A DNA stretch of 64,000 nt from Octopus bimaculoides (Eukaryota), in the NCBI RefSeq assembly GCF_001194135.2, contig NC_068982.1, positions 175,523,593 to 175,587,592 on the forward strand, read 5' to 3'. Under the pieces are notes generated by a model. That model was not told the DNA's origin and made no database searches. It saw nothing but the letters and a program-made list of their open reading frames with translations. Both the position numbers and the translations under genes were made by a program. Shown in pieces: positions 51,101 through 64,000 of this stretch; position 1 is the first letter of the stretch; every line of letters begins with the position of its first letter.

Positions 51101-53408
51101 AATCCTCACCTTCCTTGTTAGGATATCCTATGCTGTACGCATAACCTTTATAAGACAACTTACTAGGACATTTTTGTGTTTGACAGAATAAAGGGCTGAT
51201 CAAGGAACATACAGATATTTTAATTTTTTTCACCCTACTTTCTAGCCAGAAATTTTAAATAATAGCACTCATCGTTTACCAGTCACTTAAAAATAATTCT
51301 GTCTTCTTTTGTGTAGAAACATCAGAGGATTTCATTTCCAAAATGTTACCATTATATCATTTAGCAGATACAGAATCAGTTAATGAATCAATCTTTCCAG
51401 ACTACTAACCCTAACAAAGGCTGTAGTGTCGTCTTTGTAGTACAAACAGTAACCATGAGATTTTCTCAATTCAAATTTCTCAAACACACAATATCAATAA
51501 GTAGTTTTAGAAGTTATTTACATATTAATTGACTAACTATTGTTATAGTTTCTAGCCTGGCCTATGAATAATTATTTTATTTTTATTATTTTGTTTTGTT
51601 TTTGTATTCAGTTAATGATTTTCATTCCACTTTATAAATACTTGAAACTTACTTTATTTTGTATGTTTTTTGTTAATTTTGAATTTTCCGATATTCATCT
51701 TGAAAATTTCTGACTTGCACTTTTTCTTTTGTCGTTAATATTTGTCAAACAGAAATTAACTCACATAAATTTACATTTTCTTGTATTTGATTAATTTTTT
51801 GGCAAAATTAACATTTCTTAAAGTTAGACTGCCACCATATGCAAATTGCTAAAAATTCTACCAAATTTATTATGAATATATATGACGTTGTTAAACAGAA
51901 CTTGTAATACAAATGGACTTATGTAAATCATGTCTATAACAAGAATTTGTATTTCTCACCTTTTGCTATAACTTTGAACTAATCATTATGTAGGTGACTA
52001 AAAATATACACAGAATTACAAAACATACACAAAAATGTGTCTGTCTGTCTGTCTGTATGTATGTACGTATGTACATATGTATGTATGTATGTATGTATGT
52101 ATGTGAGTGTGTATGTATAAACACAAGTAAAAAGAAATAGAATCTAGGGGGACAAGAGGCAGTCTATGCTGGCAGAAATTGGTATTTACTGGTAAAGTAA
52201 AAAGTTACATAAGTTCATATGCCATTGGCAAAAGAGTTTCCAATGGAAAATCTTCTCCCAATGGCATACAAACCAAAGAAACATTTTATCTGATCTTTCT
52301 CTCTCTCTCTGCACACACACACCGTTTGCCATTGAGTCATTGTTGAACAGCTGGATGCTCTTCCTGTCACTAATCTTAGCTGTTTTTCAAATAGAAGTTC
52401 ATTTACTACACATGTCTTTAAAGATGTGAAGTGAGCAGAAAATATGCTGAGAGAAGAGACAAAAACCAACATTTGCACTCAGATTGCAACTTTCATAGAG
52501 TGCAAATGTAAACATGTGTACACACACTCACAAACAAACACACATGTATAGAACAGGGCTATAGTCTATATGGGCAGTAGGGAATGAATACATTGACCTT
52601 GTGTGTTCTGTGGAAATGCTATGCCTAGGGTAGTATATCTGGATTGTCAGCTACCAGTGGCTTAAAATTCATCCTTCCTGTTGATAGATAATGCAGGTTG
52701 GTAGAGTATGTGAAATCTCTCCTGGAGATAGAGTTGGCAATGAACCGATGTTGTTAAATATGTTATACTGCAGTCTGTCACCAATGTGGTGACAGAATCC
52801 TGTCAACATCCTATTTCTGTACATGGGCCTAAGAATGAAGAAAATAGCTGCTGTTACATCCACAGCATTAACACCAAGTGACCTGATCTGACCGGTAGAG
52901 GCCTAACATCTTAGAAGCTATCTTGAATTTGCTTCAAATCTCTCCCTCTTCTGGTATTTGATGAGATGGATGTGTCCTGTGTACACAAAACTAAGTCATA
53001 TTGAGATGTATCAAACTGTTAACACACACACACACACACACACACACATTTTTTTTGAAGTTAAGCAACAAAAATTCAATAGGTTATAGCAGTACGTACG
53101 TTTCGTACAAGCTCCATTTATTCATGTAGTGAGAACACCACCGAAAATACAATGAAAATGTACTCCTCAGCTGCATAATGGAATTTCATTTTAGAAAGTC
53201 ATTTTGAAGATGTTTGCAAAAAACAAGAGTAAGAGAAGAAAACACATCTCAACTATGCTGCTGTTTCACAGACAAGTCTGTTGCTTAACTTCAAATTTTA
53301 TTCACCAAATCTCTTGATTTTGTTTTTGGTTTTTATCCTACCAAATTCTGGTGCCTCAAGCATTTTAAGTACCACGTTTAATCTTTTGATTAAATCTATA
53401 TTATTATT

Positions 53409-53460
<52 letters not shown>

Positions 53461-54395
53461 CAAATATATAAGACAAGGTATTAAAAAATGGTCATTACCT
53501 ACTTTTCCTGTATTAGAACAATATTTGCACTAATAAAAAAAACGTATGTAGTGACCATTATTTACACCTTGTTTTATATATCACTCTGTGTGTAAAAACC
53601 AGTTTGTCTGGAGCCCAACCATGGATTTACAATATAAAATTGTGATGAGCTATGATCTAGGACCCTGCCATAAGAATACTTGTAGTTCTTCATTAATGTA
53701 AACAATATTGTTAACCTGGTATGTCAACAGACAGCTTATGAAGTATTTTACCCAGATTGATAATCCTTCACTAGTAGCTGTTTTTTTTAACACACACACA
53801 CACACACATGCACGGGCACATACACACATACACACCAATTCATTGATGTAAAGGGATTTTGAGATTGGGTGTTTTGGCCTAGTTTGTGTCTCTTCAATCA
53901 AAGCTGCTCCTTATCCATGAATCTAATCAAATCAATTATAGAAATGAGCCAACAAATTAATTTCTGATTATCAATGAATCATGTGTGTTGTCAACACATA
54001 TCGCCTGAAATAAAGTGTTCTTCAAAGGTGAAATACAACAGTGATTAACATATTCACGTGCAAATCTGCTGGAATATATTAAGAATGAATATGAACTTCA
54101 TTGTTTTGATTTTCACTGTTCTATACACACATGATAATTATCAATCTGGCAGACAACAGCATACATGAACAAAGAGCTTGTTTGCCAAATTCTATAAACA
54201 AGAGCAACTGCTCTTGTTTAGTTTCATCGACCAAAGGAAATTTTGACTGATTGAAATACAGTTTAATAAGTACCAACACACAAAACTCTCGGCTCTTGAG
54301 TCACTTTGTTGCTTCAGCTAAATATTAATAAAAATATACACATACTCATATTTTGAGCTCTATTTTTCCTGTTTGCATTGCCATACCAACATATG

Positions 54396-55800
54396 TATTG
54401 GGTTGGCAAGAAAGTAATCTCTGCAAGGTAGCGAACTGGCAGAAACATTAACGCGACGTGCGAAATACTTAGCGGTATTTCGTCTGCCACTACGTTCTGA
54501 GTTCAAATTCCGCTAAGGTCGACTTTGTCTTTTATCCTTTCGGGGTCAATTAAATAAGTACCAGTTACGCACTTGGGTCGATATTTTCGACTTAATCCAT
54601 TTGTCTGTCCTTGTTTGTCACCTCTGTATGTAGCCCCTTGTGGGCAGTAAAGAAATAAGAAATAAACATTAATCAATTTATATTTTTCATTCTATTTGAT
54701 GATCTTTTGCCATCTTTCTGGCAACCTCATGATTCCGTGCTCATAGAACTTCTGGTCCGTATCAACCAAAAGCTGGAGCAAGTGTAATTTCAGGTCATCA
54801 TCATTATTGAAAGTTTTATCAATCAAAGAATTTTGCAAACTTTGAAATAAATGGTAATATAATGGTGCAAGGTCAGAGCTATATGTGACAACACTTCCCA
54901 ACCAAGCTCCAATAGTTCTTCATGTGTTAGCAAAGATGTGTGTGTGGTCTAGCATTGTCATGGTGGAACACAGTTCCTTTATGATTTGCCAATTATGGCT
55001 GTTTTTCTTTGATTGCTTCCTCCAGTTTCATTAGTTGTTGACAGTAAACATATGAACTGATTTAGTTCCTTGGATGTAATCCTACCAAATTAACAGCATG
55101 ACATTTTTTGATGAAATTCAGCTTTTGATGTGGTTTGTGCTGGTTCATTAGGCTTGAATCATGATATAATTGTAGACAATCCTTTTTTTCATCACCAGTG
55201 ATGATTCATTTAAAAAAAAAGGTCGATTTCATTGTGTTCAAGATCCATATTGCAAATATTGATTCATTGAGTTAAATGATCTCTCAATTTATGTGGAAGC
55301 AAAATATTGAGCTTCTTGACAAGTCCAAGACATTTTAAGTGATTTGCAATTGTTGTGTGTGATACATTTAACCTCTCTGCAGTCTCTTGCACAATTATAT
55401 AACAATCAGATTCAATTATGGCTTTGATTTAGTCATCATCAACTTCAGTAGGTCGACCAGAATGTTGGTCATCTTTGAGTGAAAAATCTCCAGAACAGAG
55501 TTTTTAAAACCATTTCTCACATGTGCATTTTGTTAAGCAATAAACTTCACACACCTCATTTTGAACCTTAGCAGCTTTCTTGCTTTATGGAAATAAAAAA
55601 GGCAAAATATGGTGAAAATGTTCGTTCTTGCACTCCATGTTAAAATTGACACTGAACAGCTGTAAACAAAATTATGTGCAATTGGCTTCTAAAGTGAGCT
55701 AAAAGTAATGGCTGTCAAATGTCGAAAGGAAAAGTCATTCCAAAAAATTGTAACTCTACCTATTTGTGATAAACAAAATTACTTTCTTGCCAACCCAATA
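54396..55800 (-). mobile_element. Mariner element with perfect 23-bp TIRs and decayed transposase
   Basis: TATTGGGTTGGCAAGAAAGTAAT (54396-54418) / ATTACTTTCTTGCCAACCCAATA (55778-55800), including TA. ORF 54692-54901 reads YSSDLAPLYYHLFQSLQNSL..FYEHGIMRLPERWQK. Confidence 0.9.
54421..54665 (+). mobile_element. tRNA-like SINE inserted in the mariner
   Basis: TGGCAGAAACATTA..GAGTTCAAATTCC..GTAGCCCCTTGTGGGCAGTAAAGAAATA. Related pieces at 55810-55886 (-) and 44770-44870 (-). Confidence 0.7.
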
Positions 55801-57339
55801 TATGTGTGTTATTTCTTTACTACCCACAAGGGGCTACACACAGAAGGGACAAACAAGAACAGACAAACAGATTAAGTTGATTATATANNNNNNNNNNNNN
55901 NNNNNNNNNNNNNNNNNNNNNNNNNNNNNNNNNNNNNNNNNNNNNNNNNNNNNNNNNNNNNNNNNNNNNNNNNNNNNNNNNNNNNNNNNNNNNNNNNNNN
56001 NNNNNNNNNNNNNNNNNNNNNNNNNNNNNNNNNNNNNNNNNNNNNNNNNNNNNNNNNNNNNNNNNNNNNNNNNNNNNNNNNNNNNNNNNNNNNNNNNNNN
56101 NNNNNNNNNNNNNNNNNNNNNNNNNNNNNNNNNNNNNNNNNNNNNNNNNNNNNNNNNNNNNNNNNNNNNNNNNNNNNNNNAAACCGGATGGCAACACCAG
56201 GCTCCAATCTAATTTGGCAGAGTTTCTACAGCTGGATGCCCTTCCTAACGCCAACCACTGAGAGAGTGTAGTGGGTGCTTTTACGTGTCACCTGCACGAG
56301 GGCCAGTCAGGCGGTACTGGCAACGGCCACGCTCAAAATGGTGTCTTTTATGTGCCACCCGCACAAGAGCCAGTCCAGCGGCACTGGCAACGATCTCGCT
56401 CGAAAATCCTATGAAGGCCAGTCAGGCGGTACTGGCATTGACTCCCAAAAAGATGAACAACAACATGCAGTTAAACAGGATTTAAACTCAGAATGCAGAG
56501 AGCCAGAAATGATACTGCATGGTATTGTATTCAAATCTCTAATGACTGTACTAGTTTCACACCATCCATCTATGCATGTATACAAACAGACATGCATGTT
56601 TACATATACATAGGAGCTACATCCAGCAGTGGGGCTCTGGTTCAGTTCTAGTGTTTTGAAGAGTGTGGAACTACTTCTTACTGTTCCTAGGTCTACTCTA
56701 ACCAAGGCTTGTAACACCTGTCAGGTCCCCAGGTATGGGTTAATTAGCAGGGTATGGAATTGTCACTGGAAGAAGGTCTCTCACAGACACTGCCATGGAC
56801 TTAGAATAGGTGAAGCCATTCAGCTCTTTAGTTGCTCATTTTAGGGTTTTACACAAACCGAGACACCAGTACCAACATCAATTCCTTTCCACTTCAGCCT
56901 TGATCCTGTATTCATATGGATATAGGGTGATGGTTAATGTTAGCAGCTGAGTCTTGCCGAACACTCTTTAGTTAAAGTAGTGAAAGCATCCAACAACACC
57001 AATATGTATATACATATAACAAAACGAGAGGGACAAACAATTAATGGCTGAGCAAGTAATACGGAAATGGACATATGAAAATGGATAAAAGTAATTCAAG
57101 ATGAGAGCGTTAGTGGATGAACAAGGGATAAAAAACGAAATAAATAAATAGGGCCAGACAGAGACAACAGTATGGGTAATGCTAAGAGAGAAATCCTAAA
57201 GGATAAGGAACAGAAGGATAACAGACAAATACAGGTTGAAGTGGAAACTATATATATCAAATATAATTTAATATTTTTTATATATATATATATATATATA
57301 TAATGATGCTGGTGGTGATGATGATGATGATGATGATGA

Positions 57340-57471
57340 TTTGGCGTTAGGAAGGGCATCCAGCTGTAGAAACTCTGCCAAATTAGATTGGAGCCTGGTG
57401 TAGCCATCCTGTTGCACCAGTCCTCAGTCAAATCGTCCAACCCATGCTAGCATGGAAAGCGGACGTTAAAC

Positions 57472-57507
<36 letters not shown>
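57340..57507 (+). mobile_element. RTE-type 3' end with (GAT)n tail
   Basis: Near-identical to the reverse complement of 306-467. Confidence 0.85.
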
Positions 57508-59476
57508 ATATCAACATCATTTTATATCTGCTCTTCTATGTTGACATAGGATGGATATATTGTTTTGAGTTAGTTTATTACAGCTGAATGCCCCTTTTAG
57601 TTGCTTCATATAGACACAGGGATATGATTTACCTATTCTGAGATACACACCTGCACACATACATATTTAAATAACAATATATATATGAGGGTGGAGGATA
57701 CTAACAAGTAACTGGAAAACACCAAGCACTAAAAGGAAGCTCCTTTTAGTGCTTGGTGTGGTCATTCAGTCTACTGGAAACATCTCCTTGAAATCTAATT
57801 TGAAAATGAACCTACTGATTATACATATCTAAAATAAGACAGGCTGGTTTCATAATCACATGATTGTATGTTTGCCTGACAAAAGTTGACCAGGGGTTAA
57901 ACAAGAAGTGATATAAATATAGTTCATTGATTTCAGACATTCATAATATCCAGTCATCATCATCATCATCGGCAGCAGCATTATAACCACTAACATTGTA
58001 GTCACTTTTGCAATCAATGATCATCACCACCAGCATGGATACATTCATTTTCACCATCTCCACTAAATCTTTAAACACTTCCATCATCAGTTTATAATCA
58101 TATTACCCCAAGAAACCAGCAATATCACCATCTCAGACCTCATCAGTATCATCACAACTGTCCTCACCATGTTTGTTGCTGCTGTTGCTGCAACCACCAC
58201 CTACATCAGCAACCAACACCACCATCACCATCATCTCTACCTTGCTATCATAACCATATTTATCCTATTACCATCATTGTAAATGTAAGCAACTACCACC
58301 ACCACCACCACCACTGCTGCCACAACTGTATATATTATTATCATTGCCTCCACAGCATCAACAACAAGAAACAACAAAAGTCATGTGTGTATATAAAGAG
58401 TATTATACAATCAATAGGTGCAGTACACATTACACACCATAAGTGCATGTGATATGTGCATGTAAGGAGACCCACACAAATACTTATGGCAGCTTTAAAT
58501 AAACAATCGAAAAAGAAATAAAATCTAATATAGCTATTTTACCAACATCCAAGATTTACATGTGCGTGTGCATTGTCCTTCAACTCATCAAATCTTGTCA
58601 AATTATTCGACCCATGCCAACATGAAAGACAGATGATGATGATAATGATGATGATGATGATGATGATATTTTTATGTGTGTGTGTGTATGTATGCCTCAT
58701 CCACGACAGAAAATAACAATTTTAATATAAAAACAACAAGAACAGCAATAGTTTCTATGATGATAATGATGATGATGATGATGACGCTGATAAAAATAAA
58801 ATTATATTAATGTAATAATTTTGTAATAGAATTGTATTTTTTTAAAAATCTATTAAACAATATGACTCATATTGAAGAGAATTCATGATTGCAGAAATTT
58901 GAATACGGTCAATCTTTTATTTTTAATATTTTTAACTTTACAATTTTCTTTTTCTTTCTTTTGTCATCTAATAAATGACCATTTAATTAAGCATGAAAAT
59001 GGTATGGAATTAATCACTTTCACACCTGCTCCTACTCTTGTTCCACCCACCCTCCTCTGCCAGCATATCCTGAAATATTTACTAGGCTTGTGGTGGTATT
59101 TTTGTAGACATAAGAATTTCAACAATCACATGTGAAAACTATGTTTTACTATACTGAATGATAAACACAGACAGCAAAGCCAACAAATTTGGTGTAACTG
59201 AGTATAGATGTTTAAACTGACTCCAACATATGACTGCTACTTATTTCTTCAATGACTATGGTGGAATGAAAGACAACTAAAAACCTCGAAATGTAAAACT
59301 AATTATAACCAAGTTCCACAAAGAATTTTATCAATCACACTGCTGATTGTGTCTGTTGACTAACTCTTTTGTTGTGTATTATTAAGCATTGCCATGCTAA
59401 CAATGGAGAGACTGTTTGGGTTCACTTGTGTTACAAAGAGAGCTTCTTAAACATACAACCATGCATGTGGATATAA

Positions 59477-59690
59477 CTCTTTAGCATTCACATTACTCTG
59501 TCGAATATAATGCTTTTTAATCCTATCGTTTTGAATTAACCCTGCATTATCTCATGACTCTGAGATTTCAATGATGTAATTATTTTAGAATAACATTGTA
59601 GGATAGGTATGAGAGGACAGATCTGGCCTGTTTGGATATAAAACAGGAAGAATATTTAGGCTTGATATGGCCGATTTAAATGCTAACAGG
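59477..59690. mobile_element. piggyBac-like MITE, diverged, opposite orientation
   Basis: CTCTTTAGCATTCACATTACTCTG ... AATGCTAACAGG; reverse-complement homology to 23001-23221. Confidence 0.65.
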
Positions 59691-60945
59691 ATAAAGAAAT
59701 GCATATGGAGTGTTGGTATCTAAAGCAGTTGGAATGGTTTATTCTTTATAAAGCACAGTGTTCCATGGAATCAGAAATGCAGTTTCACACTGAAGAGCAC
59801 AATGAAATTCAAGAAATATAAATGGTGCAAGGCATTTTATCTGGTAGTTTACCATTTCAGTTATTCTAGCACTCTGACTTGTGCTTATAATAATAAAAAT
59901 AAAAAAATCGACTGTTTATAAATTTTTTTCTAATTTTGCAATAAAATATAAAACTTTTTTTTATTTTTACTGGTTTTAGTCACAGTGGCCATGCTGGGGG
60001 AAACACCTACAAGTGTTCAAGCCCAGTTTTTGTGAAGTAGTACTTATCTGGGAGGACGACAGTCAAAGTCAACCAGCGCAAGATTTGAACAAAAGAATAT
60101 AAACAAATAGTAACAATGTGTTTTGACTGAAACTACCCTTCACCAACATATGTTCAGAAGCTAATTAAATTTAAAGGGATATCACAAGGTGATGTATTGG
60201 TATGTTTGAAAGAGCTCAAAGAATTGAATTTCTTTTTCAACTTAAATCTAAAAAGTAAAATACCAGCAAGTGACGTCAAGGTTACTTTAGTTTAAGCCAC
60301 AAAAAAAAAAAAATAAATAAAATAAAATGTAGACTAGACTCAGCTGAAAATAAATCAATGAAAAGAGAGGATTAAAAACGAAAATAGAAAAAAAAAAGGA
60401 AGTCTGAAAACAGAATCCTGTTACTGATAGGCTTCTCAAAACCAATAATTTTGATATGATGTAGCCATATTTAATATAAAACTCAAATGTGGTTTTAATC
60501 AAAGCTCCTGGCATATATTCACTCTAATAATATTTCATTAATAAAAAGGGAAGAAGAAAAAGGAGCATTAAATTTATTAGCTATAGCAGTTAAGTATTTA
60601 AATATGTGTTTCTGTATATGTATTATGTATCTACACACACACAAACACACTCATACAGAGGCACAGGCATTGGCTTCATAGCTAAGGAGTTTGTTTCTCA
60701 ACCACACTGTTTTGGGTTCAGTATACTGTGTAGAACCTTGGGCAAGTGCCTTCACTTATAGCCTCAAAGTTGATCAAAGCTCTGTGAGTGGATTTGGTAG
60801 AAAGAAACTGAGTGAAGCCAGTCTAGTGTGTGTGTGTGTGTGTGTGTGTTTACTTTGTTCTCTGCTGTTAGCACCTCACTTATCTGCTATCACCCTTAAT
60901 GTTTTCACATACCTACTGCCTCCCTTCTCCCAAGCCTCTCCTATA

Positions 60946-61219
60946 GTTGGCACTCCGTCGCTTACGACGTCGAGGGTTCCAGTTGATACGATCAATGGAA
61001 CAGCCAGCTCGTGAAATTAACGTGCAAGTGGCTGAGCACTCCACAGACACGTGCACCCTTAACGTAGTTCTCGGGGATATTCAGCGTGACACAGTGTGAC
61101 AAGGCTGACCCTTTGAATTACAGGCACAACAGAAACAGGAAGTAAGAGTGAGAGAAAGTTGTGGTGAAAGAGTACAGCAGGGTTCGCCACCATCCCCTAC
61201 TGGAGCAACAACAACTGCA
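60946..61219 (-). mobile_element. 5'-truncated SINE with a 25-bp TSD
   Basis: Body matches 17035-17297. TSD TCCCTTCTCCCAAGCCTCTCCTATA at 60921-60945 and 61220-61244. Confidence 0.85.
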
Positions 61220-61494
61220 TCCCTTCTCCCAAGCCTCTCCTATATATCACTCCATTATTTGCCTCAGTCACTTCCATCTTGCCCATCTTTCCAGTCCAAA
61301 CCTCTGTACCACCCTAATATCCCTCGAGGGCATGTCCTGACACATCTTCACCACCATCTCTCTCTCTCAATATTACCCTTTTTATTTTACTCTCTCATTC
61401 ACCTGTTCTTTTTATCAACCAAATATTTGTCTAATGTTTCAAACTTGCCCTTTGTCCAAAAATGAGGAAGAGGCATAAAATGATGATAGAGTTT

Positions 61495-62296
61495 TGGCTG
61501 TGCATGCGTACTAAGTTTTAACGTTTTAGCTTACTTCCACTGTTTACAGCAGTGCTTGGAAGTAACGTGTGTAGTGTGTGATTGTTGTATTGACCATAAC
61601 AGAGAAAGCTGAGCAGAGAATCCGTATCAAATTTTGCCGAAAGCTTGGCCATACCTGCTCCAGAGGCCTAAACAAAATTTTCAAAAAGTTTTCAATGTTC
61701 TTGAAACAATCAAAATCTTGTGCAACTGAAACCCAAGTGTCTTTTGGGTCAGCTGAAAACAGATTTGGCACAAACTTGGCAGACACGCGTCTCATACCCA
61801 AATCTTCAGTGATAATGGACTGAACTGAACCGTAACTAATCTGCACATCATCTGATAACTCATGGATGGGGATTCGATGATTTCCCCTCACAGCTGCATG
61901 TGCATCTGCGATGTTTTTCTCAGTTCTGCTGGTTTCAGGTTTCCCACAACGTTCGTCAATATCGACATTTTTTCAACCATCTTGGAAATGTCTGTCCCAC
62001 TTGTTCACTTGTGTGCGATTCATACACTTGTCCCCATACACTTTCTGCAACTTTGCGTAGGCCTCTGAGCAGGTATCACCATGACAACTTTCTCTGTCAT
62101 GGTCAATGTGATGATCACACGCTACACACCTTCCTTCCAAGCACTGCTGTAATCAGCAGAAGTGAGCTAGAACATTAAAACTTAGTGTGCATGCACAGCA
62201 GAGGTCAAGGTCAATCTGTACCAAGCAGCTTTATTTTGTGTGCTTTAGCTTCATTACTATGGCAACAGTCCGGACACTTATTGATCACACCTCGTA
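61495..62296 (-). mobile_element. Mariner 5' half with an inverted duplicate of its 5' region
   Basis: The minus strand starts with TIR TACGAGGTGTGATCAATAAGTGTCCGGAC and encodes ..HELSDDVQISYGSVQSIITEDLGMRRVSAKFVP. The plus strand at 61495-61675 repeats the leader and encodes AEQRIRIKFCRKLG. Confidence 0.8.
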
Positions 62297-63850
62297 CATA
62301 TATATATGTACTAGCTTGTGTAGAAAATACTTGTAATAAATACACTTGAAGGCATCAAAAAAACAAAAAGAAAACAAAAACAAAAAAAAACTTTTAATTA
62401 GATTGGAAAATTTAGGAACAGGCACAAAATTCAACATGAGGAAGTACATCAATATAAATACCTCTGCTATGGATGAAGTAAACTGATCTCAAGAAAACTA
62501 TTTCAAGAATCTGAACCTTATGAAGTAGATGATTGATGTGTGTGTGTGTGTGCTACACACACATACATATCTTCATCATCATCATCGTCATCATCATCAT
62601 CATCATCATCGTAATTTTACATCCACTTACCAGCTGGCATGAAATGGATGCATCATCACAATCTGAGTAAGTTCTTATATAGAGCTGTTGTTGTCCCCCT
62701 AGATAGGACAGATTAACACATCTCATTCATACACTCCAATTGAAAGGCTTTCTAGAAAATGGATACTCTCCCTAATGCTCATTCCTTTACAGTTTATCAT
62801 GGCAGAGTGTGATGACAGAGAAGGACAGAAAATATGAAATATGACAGGAGAAACATTGATAGGCTGCTACATGATTGTTATTGGTAAGGAGACTGAATAG
62901 AAACACAGCACAATGGAGGAAAAGGGAATGCCGGCAGAGACACTGGTGAGAGAGAGGGGGGGAGTAATATATGGCAATATAAAGTGATGGTGAGAAAGCA
63001 AGTGGTGATAAGTGAGTGATGAATGCGAATAAGAATGACATGGGACAAGAAATGGGATGAGTACTGAATATAAACCAATCCAATGTGACATCCTTCATTA
63101 TAAGATGTTGTAGTATAGAAGTGTTAGGGTTAGGCAGTAGGTAAAGATTAAACAGAGATAAGAGACTCAAATGTTGAGATAAAGTAAAATAAACTTTCAG
63201 TTCAAAATCAGACATTTCATTCTAAAAAATCTGATATAATATACCTGCATGTATATTTTTTCATATGTATATTGTTGTTCATGCTAGCATGTATTGGATG
63301 AAAGTTGTTGAGTTAGTTTACTATGGCCATATCTCCTCTCTGTTGCCAACTCTCAACTGTCTTTCAAAGAAGGTATTTTGTATTTCACTGGTCTTCACAT
63401 GCATCAAAATAAATGAGTGGTGTGACATTTTGTTTACAACAAATGTCAACAGTCACTGGTTTCAGTCATGTGGTGACAATGTAAAGATATGTAGAAACAC
63501 TCACATACACAGTGTGCACACACATGCACATGCAGGTACACTGAAACACACATGACAAGATTCTGTACAATTTATACCAACTAGATTTCACTCACAAGGA
63601 ATTAGACACCCAAGACTGTACTAGGAGACTCTTTCTGAAGGTGTTACACAATAGGTTGGTATCTGAAACCATATGGCTACAAAGTGAACTTATATACATA
63701 TGTGTGTGTGTGTCACATATGTCTGTCTATAAATATATAAACATCCATCCATCCGTATATATATATATATATATATATATGCACCCACACATAAAATAAA
63801 CACTTCATTATATAAATAAAGAGTTCTCGGTTTATATGCACATGCATAAA

Positions 63851-63889
<39 letters not shown>

Positions 63890-64000
63890 TTGCTTAAAAG
63901 AGTTCCAACACTGTCTGTTTTTTATGTTTTATTTATATTCCTGCAGAACTAATGTGGGGTATAGAATATGGAATATACAATATATAATATAATATACAAT

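Noticed and set aside
1-64000. CRISPR arrays, rRNA genes or prokaryotic operons
   Set aside because: None seen; the sequence is eukaryotic and repeat-rich, and the regular repeats are microsatellites, minisatellites or transposon-internal.

Overview
AT-rich, microsatellite-dense eukaryotic DNA with about ten assembly gaps. The repeat content (tRNA-derived SINEs, RTE elements with (GAT)n tails) is, from my recall of these families, most consistent with an octopus/cephalopod genome; this is an inference I could not verify by search. I could not recognise any host protein-coding exon. The listed ORFs are microsatellite read-throughs, N-gap artefacts or decayed transposon fragments, so the window looks intronic or intergenic. 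It holds decayed LINEs (RTE, CR1/Jockey-like, HERO-like), DNA transposons (mariner, Tc1, piggyBac and hAT MITEs, Helitron-like) and many SINEs. The main result is a set of hammerhead ribozyme (HHR) motifs from four unrelated sequence families, all on the minus strand. (1) A full three-stem type I HHR at 42781-42846 with a single core change (G12A), inside a retrozyme-like unit of 348-nt period. (2) An intact minimal HHR (25126-25171, duplicated at 24520-24565) at the 3' end of a Penelope-like element, with a tRNA-like Pol III promoter between the GIY-YIG C-terminus and the ribozyme. (3, 4) Two minimal HHRs with variant cores (13927-13963, 21001-21040). All folds were done by eye; activity is untested.
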